Assembly (NCBI GenBank): GCA_963767925.1
Contig: CAVYGB010000006.1
Location: 224,001-288,000 of the forward strand
Length of the DNA stretch: 64,000 bases
Direction: 5' to 3'
From: an uncultured delta proteobacterium
Lineage (GTDB): Bacteria > Myxococcota_A > Polyangia > Fen-1088
The position numbers and the translations under genes were made by a program. Every line of letters starts with the position of its first letter. The first letter of the stretch is position 1. Under the pieces are notes generated by a model. It had not been told where the DNA came from and searched no databases. It was given only the letters and a program-made list of their open reading frames with translations. This document shows, piece by piece, positions 9,955-20,183 of the stretch.

Positions 9955-10755
9955 ATGAAGTCCAGGACCCTGTCTGTCGCCAAGGCCCCCCTGGGGCTGC
10001 TGCTGGTCATGGCCATGGCCCCCGCCCCGGCGGCGGCCGCCGCGCCCACCCCGCAGGAGATGGTCGACATCCTCAAGGAGGTCGACGACCGGCAGCGCAA
10101 CCAGGGTGACTGGCGCTCGCTCGTCTACATGGAGCAGAAGGAGCGGGACAAGGTCGACGTCATCTACGAGGCGCTGGTCTTCCGGCGCAGCGAAGATCAG
10201 AAGTTCATGATCCTCTTTACCAAGCCGAAGGCCTCCGAGGGCCAGGGCTACCTGCGGATCGACAAGAACCTCTGGTTTTACGCCCCCACCGTCGGCAAGT
10301 GGGAGCGCCGCACCGAGCGCGAGCGCATCGGAGGGACCAACTCCCGCCGCTCGGACTTCGACGAGTCACGCCTGGCCGAGGAGTACGTGCCCGAGTTCCA
10401 GGGCGAGGAGAAGCTGGGTGCCTACACCGCCGAGGTGTTCAACCTCAAAGGCAAACCCGGGCTCGACCTGGCCTTCCCCACCATCAAGCTCTGGCTCGAC
10501 AAGGACACGCGCAACATCCTCAAGCGGCAGGAGTTCGCCCTCTCGGGGCGCCTGCTGCGGACCTCGTATTACCCCAAGTGGAAGAAGCTCTACAGCGAGT
10601 CGAAGAAGGGCGAGATCTGGTACCCCCAGGAGCTGCGCTTCTTCGACGAGGTCGAGAAGGCCAACCAGACCCTCATCCTGATCAAGACGGTCGACCTCAA
10701 GCCACTCGAGCCCAACCTCTTCACGAAGGCCTGGTTGGAAAGCAAATCCCGATGA
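9955..10755 (+). CDS. Periplasmic LolA-like (outer-membrane lipoprotein-sorting family) protein
   Basis: aaggag RBS before ATG 9955; signal peptide; FTKPKASEGQGYL..NLWFY..IGGTNSRRSDF pattern typical of the family; operon context. Confidence 0.75.
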   Translation: MKSRTLSVAKAPLGLLLVMAMAPAPAAAAAPTPQEMVDILKEVDDRQRNQGDWRSLVYMEQKERDKVDVIYEALVFRRSEDQKFMILFTKPKASEGQGYLRIDKNLWFYAPTVGKWERRTERERIGGTNSRRSDFDESRLAEEYVPEFQGEEKLGAYTAEVFNLKGKPGLDLAFPTIKLWLDKDTRNILKRQEFALSGRLLRTSYYPKWKKLYSESKKGEIWYPQELRFFDEVEKANQTLILIKTVDLKPLEPNLFTKAWLESKSR

Positions 10756-12464
10756 AGCGCTGGGCGTGGCTGGCGCTGGCCCTGGTGGCCAGCCCGGCGG
10801 CCTGGGCCCAGCCGCGGCCCAGGGAGTCGGACATCTTCGGCGCCCCCGCCGACCAGAAAAAGCCAGAAGACAGGAAGGAGGACGCGAAGCAGCCCAATCC
10901 GGCGGCCCCCGCCGCGACGGCCGACCCGGCGCCGGCACGCCCTCCGGAGTCGGACATCTTCGGCACCCCGGCCGAGCCGAAGCCCGAGGACAAGCCGGCC
11001 GACGCGACCCCGGCCACGCCCGAAGAGCCGGCCCCGGCCGAGCCGCCGGCCTCCGAGGCCAGCACGCCCGAGGCCCGGCGGCCCGGCACGCCGGAGTCGG
11101 CGCGCGACGACGCCATCCTCGGCGTCTCCGAGGCCGGGCGGCTGGCCACCGACCCGGCCCCCGAAGATCCCCTGCGCATCGGGGGGATGTTCTACCTGCG
11201 CACCCAGACCACCGCCCGCGAGGACGAGTCGCCCCAGGACTGGAGCCTGGGGGCCCCCTCCCTGGTCGACGCCTACCTCGACGCCCGCCCCAACGAGCGG
11301 GTGCGCGGGCTGATCGTCGGGCGGCTGCTGTTCGACCCCACCCTGCCCGCCGAGGCGGGCGGGCCGAGCGCCATGCAGGTGGCCCCCGCCGAGTCGGGCG
11401 CCACCATGGGGTCGAGCGAGCTGTCGAGCCTGTTCGCCGGCCGCTCGCGGGGGCCCACCGCCGCCCTCGATCAGATGTGGCTGCGCTTCGACCTGCAGCA
11501 CCGGCTGTTCGTGACCGCGGGCAAGCAACACGTGCGCTGGGGGACGGCCCGCTTCTGGACGCCGACCGACTTCCTGCACATCCGCAAGCGCAACCCGCTC
11601 GACGTGTTCGACGCCCGCACCGGCACCACCATGGTCAAGCTGCACGCCCCCTGGGAGGCCATGGGCTGGAACTTCTACGGCTACGGCCTGCTCGAGGACG
11701 CCGACGCCACCGCCCGGCTGGGCAACGTGGCCGGCGCCGCCCGGGCCGAGATCGTCCTCGGCACCAACGAGCTGGGCCTGGGGGCCCTGGTCCAGCGCGG
11801 GCGCAAGCCGCGCATCGGGATCGATCTATCGACCGGCATCTGGGACATCGACCTCTACGGAGAGATGGCCCTGCGCTGGGGCAGCGAGATCGATCGGGTG
11901 CGGGTGGCGACCGACCCGTTCGTCTCCGACCTGTCGCTGGGCCTGCCGGCGCTGGTCGAGGCGATGTACCCGGTCGAGCAGCGCATCGGGGTGAAGACCC
12001 AGGTGGTGGGCGGCGCCAGCTACTCCCGCAAGTACAACGACAACGACGTGTTCCACGTCGGGATCGAATACTTCTACAACCCGCTCGGCTACGACGACCA
12101 CGACGTCTACCCCGGCCTGGTCCTGCCCCGCACCGCCCCCCTGCAGAACCCGGCGACCTTCTTCTACCTGGGCCGGCACTACGGGGCCCTCTTCCTCAGC
12201 GTGCCGGCGCCCTTCTCCTGGGACCAGACCACCTTCACCGTCTCGACCCTCGGCAACTTCTCCGACGGGTCGTACATCACCCGCCTCGACTACGCCCTCG
12301 TGCTGCTGACCCACCTGCGGTTCGAGGCCTACGCGGCCGTGCGCTACGGCGACGCCGAGGGGGAGTTTCGCTTCGGCATCCGCAATCTGCAGATCGGCGG
12401 GGTGAGCTTCTCGTCCCCCCCCGCCGTCCTCGACCTGGGCCTCGGCCTGCGCGTCGACCTCTGA
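10752..12464 (+). CDS. Secreted, probable outer-membrane beta-barrel protein with Pro/Ala-rich N-terminal extension
   Basis: ATGA overlap with upstream gene; signal peptide; GKQHVRWGTARFWTPTD motif; alternating beta-strand pattern ending LGLGLRVDL. Confidence 0.7.
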   Translation: MKRWAWLALALVASPAAWAQPRPRESDIFGAPADQKKPEDRKEDAKQPNPAAPAATADPAPARPPESDIFGTPAEPKPEDKPADATPATPEEPAPAEPPASEASTPEARRPGTPESARDDAILGVSEAGRLATDPAPEDPLRIGGMFYLRTQTTAREDESPQDWSLGAPSLVDAYLDARPNERVRGLIVGRLLFDPTLPAEAGGPSAMQVAPAESGATMGSSELSSLFAGRSRGPTAALDQMWLRFDLQHRLFVTAGKQHVRWGTARFWTPTDFLHIRKRNPLDVFDARTGTTMVKLHAPWEAMGWNFYGYGLLEDADATARLGNVAGAARAEIVLGTNELGLGALVQRGRKPRIGIDLSTGIWDIDLYGEMALRWGSEIDRVRVATDPFVSDLSLGLPALVEAMYPVEQRIGVKTQVVGGASYSRKYNDNDVFHVGIEYFYNPLGYDDHDVYPGLVLPRTAPLQNPATFFYLGRHYGALFLSVPAPFSWDQTTFTVSTLGNFSDGSYITRLDYALVLLTHLRFEAYAAVRYGDAEGEFRFGIRNLQIGGVSFSSPPAVLDLGLGLRVDL

Positions 12465-12498
12465 GCCCGCCCGGGCCCCGGCGCCCCTGCGCCCCCGC

Positions 12499-14517
12499 TC
12501 AGGAGTTGGGGCGCAGGTGGTCGCGCAGGAACTGCAGGGTGTGGCCGGCCTGCAGCACCTGGTTGCCGCGCTTGGCGGCGCCGTGCCCCTCGTCGCCGAA
12601 GATGATGAGGGGGCTCTTGATCTTGCGGGCCTCCAGGGCGTCGTGCATCTGGATGGTCTCGCCGGCGGGGACCCGCGGGTCGTTGGCCCCCTGGATCAGC
12701 AGCAGCGGACCCTTGACCCGATCGATGTAGGTGATCGGGGACAGCTCGAGCAGGGCCTTCCGGTCCTTGTCCGGGTCCCCGTATTCGTTGACCCGCAGCG
12801 CCCGCCGGTAGGGCGCCGTGTTGGCCAGGAAGGAGACCAGGTTGGAGGGCGCCACCACCGCCACCCCCACGTCGTAGGCCCCGGCGAACATGGTCATGCC
12901 GATCAGCGACGAATAGCCGCCGTAGCTGCCGCCCACGATGGCCAGGCGGGGCACCCGCCCGTCGCGGGCCCAGTCCTTGCGGATGAAGCGGGCGCAGTCC
13001 TCGATGTCGGTGATGATGGCCAGCCGCTTGGGTCCGTCGTCGGCGTGGAACCAGCGCTTGCCGTAGCCGTCGCTGCCGCGCACGTTGGGCTCGACGAGGA
13101 TGAAGCCGGCGTCGATGTAGAGCTGGTCCCCGGGGGAAAACCCGGGCTGGGCCTGCCCCTCGGGCCCCCCGTGGAAGATCACCACCACCGGGCAGTTGCC
13201 GCCGCCGCCCTTGGGGCAGGCCGCGGGCCGGCGCACGAACATCGGGATCTGGGCGCCGTCGCGCGCCGGGTAGTGCTCGAGGGTCGCGCGCACGAACTTC
13301 GACAGGTCGACCTCCGGCGCGGCGGGGAGCTGCCACTGGGTCAGCTTCCCGGTCCGCCAGTCCAGCACGTAGCTGACCAGGGGGGCCTTGCCGCTGTCGA
13401 CCCCGAGCACGACGTAGCGGCCGTTGGGGCTGAAGGGGCCGTTGAACACGTGGTCCGCCTCGGGCAGGGCCGGCAGGCGCAGGGGCTTGTAGCTGCGGGC
13501 GTCGAGGCCGGAAGTGCGGGTGTAGCCGTCCTGGTTGACGGCGTAGAGCAGGCGGGTGCGCCCCCGATCGAGGGAGAAGTCGGCGACGTCGTGGGTCAGC
13601 TCGGGCGTCACGGGGGTCAGGTTGCCGGCGCGCCAGCGGTACAGGCGCCGGAACTCCCCGAGCTTGGGGGTCAACACCAGCACCTCGCCCTCGGCGGCGG
13701 CGTAGCGGGCGGTGAACTCCTCGCGCTCGCCCTGGCCGATGATCGGCTGCAGCTTCTTGCTCGCCGGGCTCCACTCGTAGATCTCGTTGACCGAGCTGCC
13801 GAGCTCCTTGTTGAGCAGCAGGCGCCCGTCGGGGCGGTGGTCGGCGACCCTCCACAGGCCGGGCTCGGAGAAGACCCGCTCCTTGTTGCCGCTCTTGACG
13901 TCGAAGCGGTAGATGGCGAAGGCGTCGGGCTCGACGTCGTTGGCCCGGAAGTAGACCGCGCGCGAATCGTCGCTGACGAACTCGAGGAAGGTCTGCACCC
14001 GGGGCAGGTGCTGGATGACCCGCAGGGGCCCGCCCTCGGGCGACTGCAGGTACAGGCCGGGGTACTCCTCGCCGTTGCGATCCCGGGCGATGACGAGGAA
14101 GCTGCCGTCGGGGGCCAGCGCGTCGACCCGGGTGATGTCCTCGCCGCCGGTGAGCTGCACGGGGAAGCTCCGGGGCCCGTCGAGCCGCCAGACCTGGCTG
14201 GTGCCGGTCACCCGCCAGCTGAAGAACAGGCGCTTGCCGTCCGGCGAGACAATCCCCAGGCCGGGCGCGCGCACGTCGAGCATGGTCTGGATGCTCCGGC
14301 TGAGATCCGTGGGCAGGGCGGGCGGCGCGTATTTCGCCAGCAGGGCGGGCGACACGCTGCCGGCGCCGTGGCCCGAATAGCCCGTCGTCGACTGCTTCGT
14401 CGACTGCTTCGTGCTCGGCTGTGCCGCCGGCGTCTGCGCCCGGGGGCTCGCGCCCGACCCGACCAGGGCGACCATCCCGAACAGACCGGCCACTGTGACG
14501 GTGAAACGTGGATTCAC
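12499..14517 (-). CDS. Secreted S9 (prolyl oligopeptidase family) peptidase
   Basis: GTG start with aaggagg RBS; propeller region; FHGGP, GGSYGG nucleophile, GANDPRV, DEGHG. Confidence 0.93.
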   Translation of the reverse strand: MNPRFTVTVAGLFGMVALVGSGASPRAQTPAAQPSTKQSTKQSTTGYSGHGAGSVSPALLAKYAPPALPTDLSRSIQTMLDVRAPGLGIVSPDGKRLFFSWRVTGTSQVWRLDGPRSFPVQLTGGEDITRVDALAPDGSFLVIARDRNGEEYPGLYLQSPEGGPLRVIQHLPRVQTFLEFVSDDSRAVYFRANDVEPDAFAIYRFDVKSGNKERVFSEPGLWRVADHRPDGRLLLNKELGSSVNEIYEWSPASKKLQPIIGQGEREEFTARYAAAEGEVLVLTPKLGEFRRLYRWRAGNLTPVTPELTHDVADFSLDRGRTRLLYAVNQDGYTRTSGLDARSYKPLRLPALPEADHVFNGPFSPNGRYVVLGVDSGKAPLVSYVLDWRTGKLTQWQLPAAPEVDLSKFVRATLEHYPARDGAQIPMFVRRPAACPKGGGGNCPVVVIFHGGPEGQAQPGFSPGDQLYIDAGFILVEPNVRGSDGYGKRWFHADDGPKRLAIITDIEDCARFIRKDWARDGRVPRLAIVGGSYGGYSSLIGMTMFAGAYDVGVAVVAPSNLVSFLANTAPYRRALRVNEYGDPDKDRKALLELSPITYIDRVKGPLLLIQGANDPRVPAGETIQMHDALEARKIKSPLIIFGDEGHGAAKRGNQVLQAGHTLQFLRDHLRPNS

Positions 14518-14745
14518 GGCATCCTCCTTTGGGCCCTCGAAACCAGGGGGCAGCTCCGGGCGCCACCATACCCCAGGGTGCTCCCCGGCGCACCGCCGCC
14601 CACCGCCACCCACCCCGCTCCCCGGCCAGACGGGCGGCGTAAGCGCTCCGCTCCTCCCTGCCGGCCACTGTTTCGAGGCCGGCGCTGAATTCCGGACAGC
14701 ACCCGCCGATGAAGGTGTCGGGCGAGCAGGCGCCCGGAGGACGAC

Positions 14746-16224
14746 ATGGCCTTGGGGAGACACCCGACGACAGGAAGAAGAGACTTCGGCTGGCGGCAGC
14801 TCCGCTGGCTGCTGGCGGCGCCCCCGCTGGCGCTGGCGCTGTGGGCCTGCAGCGCCCATCCCCTGGCCCAGCCGAGCCCCGCGCCCGAGTCTCAGATCGA
14901 TCGGATCTACGAGGTAAACCCCGCGCGCCAGCTCGACCTGCTGTTCGTGATCGACAACTCCGGGTCGATGGCCGAGGAGCAGACCAACCTCAAGGCCAAC
15001 TTCCCCGACTTCATGGCCGCCCTGCAGAACATCCCCGGCGGCCTGCCCGACACCCGCATCGCCGTCGTCTCCACCGACTTCGGAGCGGGGCCCAGCGCCG
15101 TGGGGCGCGAGTGCCCGGTCCTCGGCGACCGGGGCGCGTTCCAGGCCCGGGCCGGCTGCGGCCTGGACAGCAGCCGCAACGGCTTTTTCCTCACCGTCGA
15201 TGGCAAGGGCGCCCAGAACTTCACCGGCGCGCTGTCCGACGTGTTCTCCTGCATGGCCAGCCTGGGGACCGAGGGCTGCGGCTTCGAGCACCAGCTCCAG
15301 TCGATGCGGGTAGCGCTGGCCGCCAGCGACCCGGCCTCGGGCCTCGCCCCCGGCAACCGCAACTTCCTGCGCGAGGACGCCTACCTCGGCATCGTCATCC
15401 TCAGCGACGAGGACGACTGCTCGGGTGAGCCGGAGGCCAGCTTCTACCAGGACCAGGTCGCCGGCCAGTCGGGCAGCCTGCGCTGCGCCCTGCTGGGCCA
15501 CGTGTGCGGCGGGCAGGCGATCCCGACCTCCAAGGACTTCCGCAGCACCCTGGGCGCCTGCCAGCCCTACCAGCGCAAGGAGAGCGAGAAGGCGAGCCGT
15601 CTGATCAACGTCGAGGACTTCGTGACCTTCGTCAAGGGGCTCAAGGGCGGCAACGATGACAAGATCATCGTGTCGTCGATCATGGGCTGGAGCGACGATC
15701 CCCAGGCGCCCTACGGCCTGTACGAGCGCGCCCTCGGCGGAGGGGCCAAGGAGCTCGAGCTGTCCCCGGTCTGCTCGCAGAGCGCGACCGGCTCGGCGGC
15801 GCCCGGGCTGCGCCTGCACCGCTTCACCACCAGCTTCAAGCACAACACCGTCCACCGCATCTGCCAGGCCGACCTGCAGCAGGCCATGCAGCAGATCGGG
15901 GAGAAGATGGCCGCCGCCATCGATCCCACCTGCCTCAAGGGCCGCCTCGTCGACACCGACCTCGACCGCGCCGGCGTCCAGCCCGACTGCCAGGTCAGCG
16001 ACCGCTTCCCCCGCACCGGCGGCGGCTTCAACGAGGTGCCGCTGCCGAGCTGCGATCACGGGGCCAGCCCCTGCTGGGAGATGCAGCCCGACGCCATGTG
16101 CGGCGGCTACCGCACCTTCGTCCGCCGCCCCAACGGCGAGATGCCCCCCACCGACACCATCCAGACCGTCCGCTGCCTGGCCTGCACCGAAGCCACCGAC
16201 CCCCGCCGCTGCCAGGGCCAGTAG
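14746..16224 (+). CDS. Cys-rich vWA-domain lipoprotein of myxobacterial type
   Basis: ggagg RBS; lipobox-like LWAC; MIDAS LFVIDNSGSM; ILSDEDDCS; many cysteines. Confidence 0.8.
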   Translation: MALGRHPTTGRRDFGWRQLRWLLAAPPLALALWACSAHPLAQPSPAPESQIDRIYEVNPARQLDLLFVIDNSGSMAEEQTNLKANFPDFMAALQNIPGGLPDTRIAVVSTDFGAGPSAVGRECPVLGDRGAFQARAGCGLDSSRNGFFLTVDGKGAQNFTGALSDVFSCMASLGTEGCGFEHQLQSMRVALAASDPASGLAPGNRNFLREDAYLGIVILSDEDDCSGEPEASFYQDQVAGQSGSLRCALLGHVCGGQAIPTSKDFRSTLGACQPYQRKESEKASRLINVEDFVTFVKGLKGGNDDKIIVSSIMGWSDDPQAPYGLYERALGGGAKELELSPVCSQSATGSAAPGLRLHRFTTSFKHNTVHRICQADLQQAMQQIGEKMAAAIDPTCLKGRLVDTDLDRAGVQPDCQVSDRFPRTGGGFNEVPLPSCDHGASPCWEMQPDAMCGGYRTFVRRPNGEMPPTDTIQTVRCLACTEATDPRRCQGQ

Positions 16225-16236
16225 CGGCTGGGCGGC

Positions 16237-16941
16237 TTAGAGGGCTGCGTGGGCGAATCCGAGCGCCTCGCTGTACGGCGCCTCGGGTGAGAGGCGCTCT
16301 CCTCGGCCGGTGGGTGGCGAGGACAGGAGGCAGATGACGACCGTGAGCAACTCGGCCCGGGTCAACAGGGTGTGGGCGAGCGGCGGTATCACCAGGCGGG
16401 TCTCCACCGGCATGCCCTTGCAGACGGAGCGACCGGAGTAGCCCCCCTGCCGGTCGACTCCATCGAGCCGATAGTGGCAGTAGCCATTGCTGCCAGCATG
16501 TTCAGGCCCGCTCAGCCATCCCCGGTCCGAGCTGTCGGAGACGGTTCCCTGGATGCTCTGCGCAGAGAACTCCAGGCGCACCTGCCTGCCGTTCCAGAGT
16601 CCTTCCACCAAGGTGTGGTCTTCTTCATCTACGAAGTGCAGCGCCACGGAGCCATCCACCCCTTGACCGTGGGCCCCGTCCCTTTCGATGTGAACCCGCA
16701 GGGCTCCCGTCGCAGCGAGCGTGCCCGACGACCACCCCGTCAACTTGCCGCTCTCGAGGCGCAAAGTGAACGACGGCCCGAACAGATACGGCAGCGCCAT
16801 CGCCAGGGACGAGCTGGTCGCTCCCCGGCTCAGTCCCACGTGAGTCATCGAGCGGGACGTCTCGCGCGGTCCCGATGGCAGCGCGCAGGACAGGGCGGAG
16901 CAGGTGAGCAGCAGCAGGGAGCCCCGGGCTGGATTCGTCAT
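16237..16941 (-). CDS. Hypothetical exported protein / lipoprotein
   Basis: MTNPARGSLLLLTCSALSC signal-like start within ORF 16237..17382; protein-like composition; no family recognised. Confidence 0.5.
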   Translation of the reverse strand: MTNPARGSLLLLTCSALSCALPSGPRETSRSMTHVGLSRGATSSSLAMALPYLFGPSFTLRLESGKLTGWSSGTLAATGALRVHIERDGAHGQGVDGSVALHFVDEEDHTLVEGLWNGRQVRLEFSAQSIQGTVSDSSDRGWLSGPEHAGSNGYCHYRLDGVDRQGGYSGRSVCKGMPVETRLVIPPLAHTLLTRAELLTVVICLLSSPPTGRGERLSPEAPYSEALGFAHAAL

Positions 16942-17060
16942 GCCGGCCCACCAAGCAACCAACGGACCAGCCCCGGGCCCCGGCGCTCCGGCGGGATGTC
17001 CGGGCAGGAGACCTCGGCCATGTCCGGCAAAGGGACAGACCGTCCCAGGAGTGGAACGAT

Positions 17061-18089
17061 TCAGGGAGCCCGACAAGGCAGTCGAGAGAGGAGGTGCTCC
17101 TCCACCAAGCGCCAGCTCTGCTCGTGCATGCCTCGGGTGTTGTAATTCACGGTCGTCACGACCGCGACCGCGTCGAGCTCGCGAAACATGACGACGTGGT
17201 TGCCGCCATTGCCGGACATGAACCACCCCGAGGACCGCCCACAGGCCGTCCGGTAGTCCCGCCGCCAGAGTTGATAGCCGTAGTCGAGCTCGCCCTTCGG
17301 GTCGGCCGAGCGGTTCGGCTTGTGACGGCGCGTGAGCATCGCTTCCACCCAGGCCTGGGGTACCACCGTCCGCCCAGCCCATCGTCCCTTGTCCAGCAGG
17401 AGAGTGCCCAGCCTGGCCAGGTCGCGGGTCGTGAGGCTTAGCTGACCGCCCGTCATGACCTCGCCCACCGACGATCGCCGCCAGACGACCCGCCGGATGC
17501 CCAGGGGAGCAAACAGCCGTCGCTCGATGTAACGATCCACCGGCTGACCGGTGGCCTGCTCGAGCACCTGCCCCAGGAGGAACACGCCGGCTGTGCAGTA
17601 GAACCAGGGGCCGCGCCCGCCTGCGTCCCGCCGGTATCCCGGCTGCACGGGCAAATCGAGCGCCCAGCGCAGCCAGACTGGCTGCCGGTTCGTGTGCTCC
17701 TCGTTCCCAGGGCTGTCGGGATCGTCGTCGTTGCAGTCCAGGGCCGAGGACATGGTGAGGAGGTCGGCCACCGTTATGCCCCGCTTGACCTCATCGAGCT
17801 TGGCCGGCGGCACCCGGTCGGCAAAAAACCCGAAGACGGGTGCGTCCACGGACGGGATCTTCCCATCGCTCAATGCCAGGCCCACCGCGAGGCCGGTGAT
17901 CGACTTGCCAACCGAGCGGACGTCACGAAGGGTCCCGGCGTCCGTTCCTGCGAAATAGCGCTCGTGGACGATGCGCCCTCCCTGCTTCAGCAGCACGCTC
18001 GTCGTCCGGGGGAACTCTCCCGCGGACATGGAGGCGTCGAGGCGATCGCCCCCGGCGAGCAGAATGGCCAGCAATCCAATGGGACTCAT
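17061..18089 (-). CDS. Serine hydrolase, beta-lactamase class C-like family
   Basis: SVGK (SxxK), LLTMSS, WFYCT, LFAPLGI, SGNGGN. Confidence 0.88.
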   Translation of the reverse strand: MSPIGLLAILLAGGDRLDASMSAGEFPRTTSVLLKQGGRIVHERYFAGTDAGTLRDVRSVGKSITGLAVGLALSDGKIPSVDAPVFGFFADRVPPAKLDEVKRGITVADLLTMSSALDCNDDDPDSPGNEEHTNRQPVWLRWALDLPVQPGYRRDAGGRGPWFYCTAGVFLLGQVLEQATGQPVDRYIERRLFAPLGIRRVVWRRSSVGEVMTGGQLSLTTRDLARLGTLLLDKGRWAGRTVVPQAWVEAMLTRRHKPNRSADPKGELDYGYQLWRRDYRTACGRSSGWFMSGNGGNHVVMFRELDAVAVVTTVNYNTRGMHEQSWRLVEEHLLSRLPCRAP

Positions 18090-18206
18090 CGGCCCGACAT
18101 CTTCCGAACGCCGGAGCGCCGGGTCAAGGCGGGAGCGCCCTGACATCCGAGACCCCGCGTCGGACCGCGAACCGCCGTAGCTCCGAAGAGGAGGCGGCTC
18201 GACGAG

Positions 18207-18222
18207 TGCCAGGACCATGCCA
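18207..18222 (-). promoter_or_regulatory. Possible sigma54 (-24/-12) promoter for the serine hydrolase
   Basis: Minus strand TGGCATGGTCCTGGCA has GG-N10-GC spacing; the -12 box is imperfect. Confidence 0.3.
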
Positions 18223-18431
18223 GGACGCCAATGGGCGAACCGAGGCGCTCAGGGCCGGCCTTGTCCGTTTACGGGACGATCCTTCCCAGAAGTGGACAGT
18301 GTCGGCGGCGATGCGCTCTCTTCACCTCCGGACCACCACTGTCCCCTCCCCGTCCCGCCTGACGAGCCTCGGGCGTGGCGTGTCCCTGGCTGGTCGCACC
18401 TGCGACGTGAGGGCTCGCTGGGCGCCCGGGA

Positions 18432-18872
18432 TCAGGGCTTCCGAGGCTTCCGCTCCCAGAGGACGTTGACGATGACCCACCGGCCATCGACGCGGGCCAG
18501 GTGGAGGTAGTCGACCCATTCGGAAGCCACGATCTTCACGCTGGCCGCGCTCTCGTAGCGGTCGAGGATCGACACGTCCTTCTGTCGGCTCTCCTTGGGG
18601 GTCTTCCTCCCTCCTCCGGACCGCACGTTCGCCACGAGCTTGGAGGCGCCCATCTGTTCGACCCGGCTGACTCCGTTTTCGGTCATGACAATCCGTTTGG
18701 CGAGCTCGGGGTGGACTGCGCGAGACATCCTTTCGACGTCCCCCTCATACCACCCCTCGATGTAATCGAGGGCCGCCCGCCGGATGGCTTCTTCATGGAG
18801 GTCGGGAGTGGCCGACCTGGCATTCGAGGAAACCCCGGCCAACAGAAATAACAACAAAGCGGTGCTGCGCAT
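18432..18872 (-). CDS. Exported NTF2-like (putative lumazine-binding family) protein
   Basis: Signal peptide, then AIRRAALDYIEGWYEGD..HPELAKR..WVDYLHLARVDGRWVIVNVLW. Confidence 0.85.
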   Translation of the reverse strand: MRSTALLLFLLAGVSSNARSATPDLHEEAIRRAALDYIEGWYEGDVERMSRAVHPELAKRIVMTENGVSRVEQMGASKLVANVRSGGGRKTPKESRQKDVSILDRYESAASVKIVASEWVDYLHLARVDGRWVIVNVLWERKPRKP

Positions 18873-19106
18873 CACTGGCTCCTTGGCTGGGCAGAGTCGC
18901 CCGACGGTTGTTGTGTGTTCAGTCCGACTGACTGATCTCATAGCGATCTCCCGTTCGTCTGTCTCGATCTTCGACAGCGGGCCGTCGTCGCTCCGGGAGC
19001 CGCCCCCGGTCTGTCGCGGCACCGCTGCATCGGACAGGTGGCCCCGTACGTGCAATGTCATTTTCACGCTCTCCTCCGTCAGCCTCCAACAACCCGCGAG
19101 GTGCTC

Positions 19107-20183
19107 ATGTCCCAGTCCCAGTCCCAGTCCCAGTCCCAGTCCCGGTCGACCAGCGATGCCGCTCGTGGTGAGTTGCGTGCTCGACGTCTCGGTCGCACCG
19201 GGCTCAAGGTGAGCGAGATCTGCCTGGGGACGATGACCTTCGGGAACCAGTGCGACGAAGCAACTTCGTTCGCGATCATGGATAGAGCCTTCGACGGCGG
19301 CGTCTTCTTCCTGGACACCGCCGACGTTTACCCCCTCGGCGCCACGAGTGAGATGCGGGGACGAACGGAGGAGATCGTCGGCCGGTGGCTCACGAGCCGG
19401 AAGCGCCGGGACCAGATCGTGCTCGCCACAAAATGTCACGGGCGGATGGGCCCGGGAGCAAACGACGGCGGCCTTTCGCGAAAGCACATCTTCACCACGG
19501 TCAAGGACAGTCTCCGGCGGCTGCAGACCGACTACCTCGATCTCTACCAGGTCCACCAGCCCGACCTGGAGACGCCCATCGAAGAGACGCTGGGCGCCCT
19601 CGACGATCTCGTCCGGGCTGGGCTGGTCCGTTACCTCGGTTGCAGCAACTTCCTTGCCCACCAGCTCGCAAAGGCCCTGTGGGTCAGCGATCGCGCTGGC
19701 CTGGCCCGGTTCGAGAGCGCCCAACCCCGCTACAACATCCTGTACCGAGAGATTGAGAATGAGATCCTGCCGCTTTGTCGGGCGGAGAACCTCGGCGTTC
19801 TGGCCTATAACCCATTGGCCGGCGGATTTCTCACCGGACGCTACCGGGAAGGCCAGGAGCTCGAGCCCGGTTCTCGCTTCACGGTGAATCGAGCAGGCGA
19901 GATGTACCAGCGGCGTTACTGGCAATCGCCGCAATTTGCGGCGGTCGAGGAGCTGAAGAGACATCTCAAAACCAAGAATCACTCTCTCGCACAGATGGCT
20001 ATCGCCTGGGTCCTCAACAAGCCCGGCATCACCTCGGCCATCGTTGGCGCGAGCCGTCCGGAGCAGCTCGACGAGACGCTACGGGCGGCCGGACTGCGCC
20101 TCACGAGCGAAGAGGAAGCCCTTTGTGACGAGGTGTGGTTTCGCCTGCCTCGCCTGCGGGATCCAGCGCTGGCCCTCCGCTGA
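19107..20183 (+). CDS. Aldo/keto reductase
   Basis: LGRTGLKVSEICLGTMTFG, DTADVY, LATK, SLRRLQTDYLDLYQVH, YNPLAGG. Confidence 0.95.
   Translation: MSQSQSQSQSQSRSTSDAARGELRARRLGRTGLKVSEICLGTMTFGNQCDEATSFAIMDRAFDGGVFFLDTADVYPLGATSEMRGRTEEIVGRWLTSRKRRDQIVLATKCHGRMGPGANDGGLSRKHIFTTVKDSLRRLQTDYLDLYQVHQPDLETPIEETLGALDDLVRAGLVRYLGCSNFLAHQLAKALWVSDRAGLARFESAQPRYNILYREIENEILPLCRAENLGVLAYNPLAGGFLTGRYREGQELEPGSRFTVNRAGEMYQRRYWQSPQFAAVEELKRHLKTKNHSLAQMAIAWVLNKPGITSAIVGASRPEQLDETLRAAGLRLTSEEEALCDEVWFRLPRLRDPALALR
19110..19139 (+). repeat. (TCCCAG)5 in-frame microsatellite encoding SQ repeats
   Basis: Read directly after ATG 19107. Confidence 0.9.

Noticed and set aside
14386..14412. 12-bp tandem repeat encoding STKQSTKQ
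   Set aside because: In-frame linker duplication after the signal peptide; no further structure.
14518..16059. Apparent 1186-aa fusion extending the S9 peptidase
   Set aside because: The extension is antisense to the vWA lipoprotein; a GTG with strong RBS and signal peptide at 14517 marks the real start.
17061..18089. Bona fide beta-lactamase resistance gene
   Set aside because: SxxK fold is present, but the sequence fits the broad serine hydrolase/esterase group; activity cannot be assigned.
19110..19139. (TCCCAG)5 as a phase-variation switch
   Set aside because: The 6-nt unit keeps the frame and only changes a disordered N-terminal tail.
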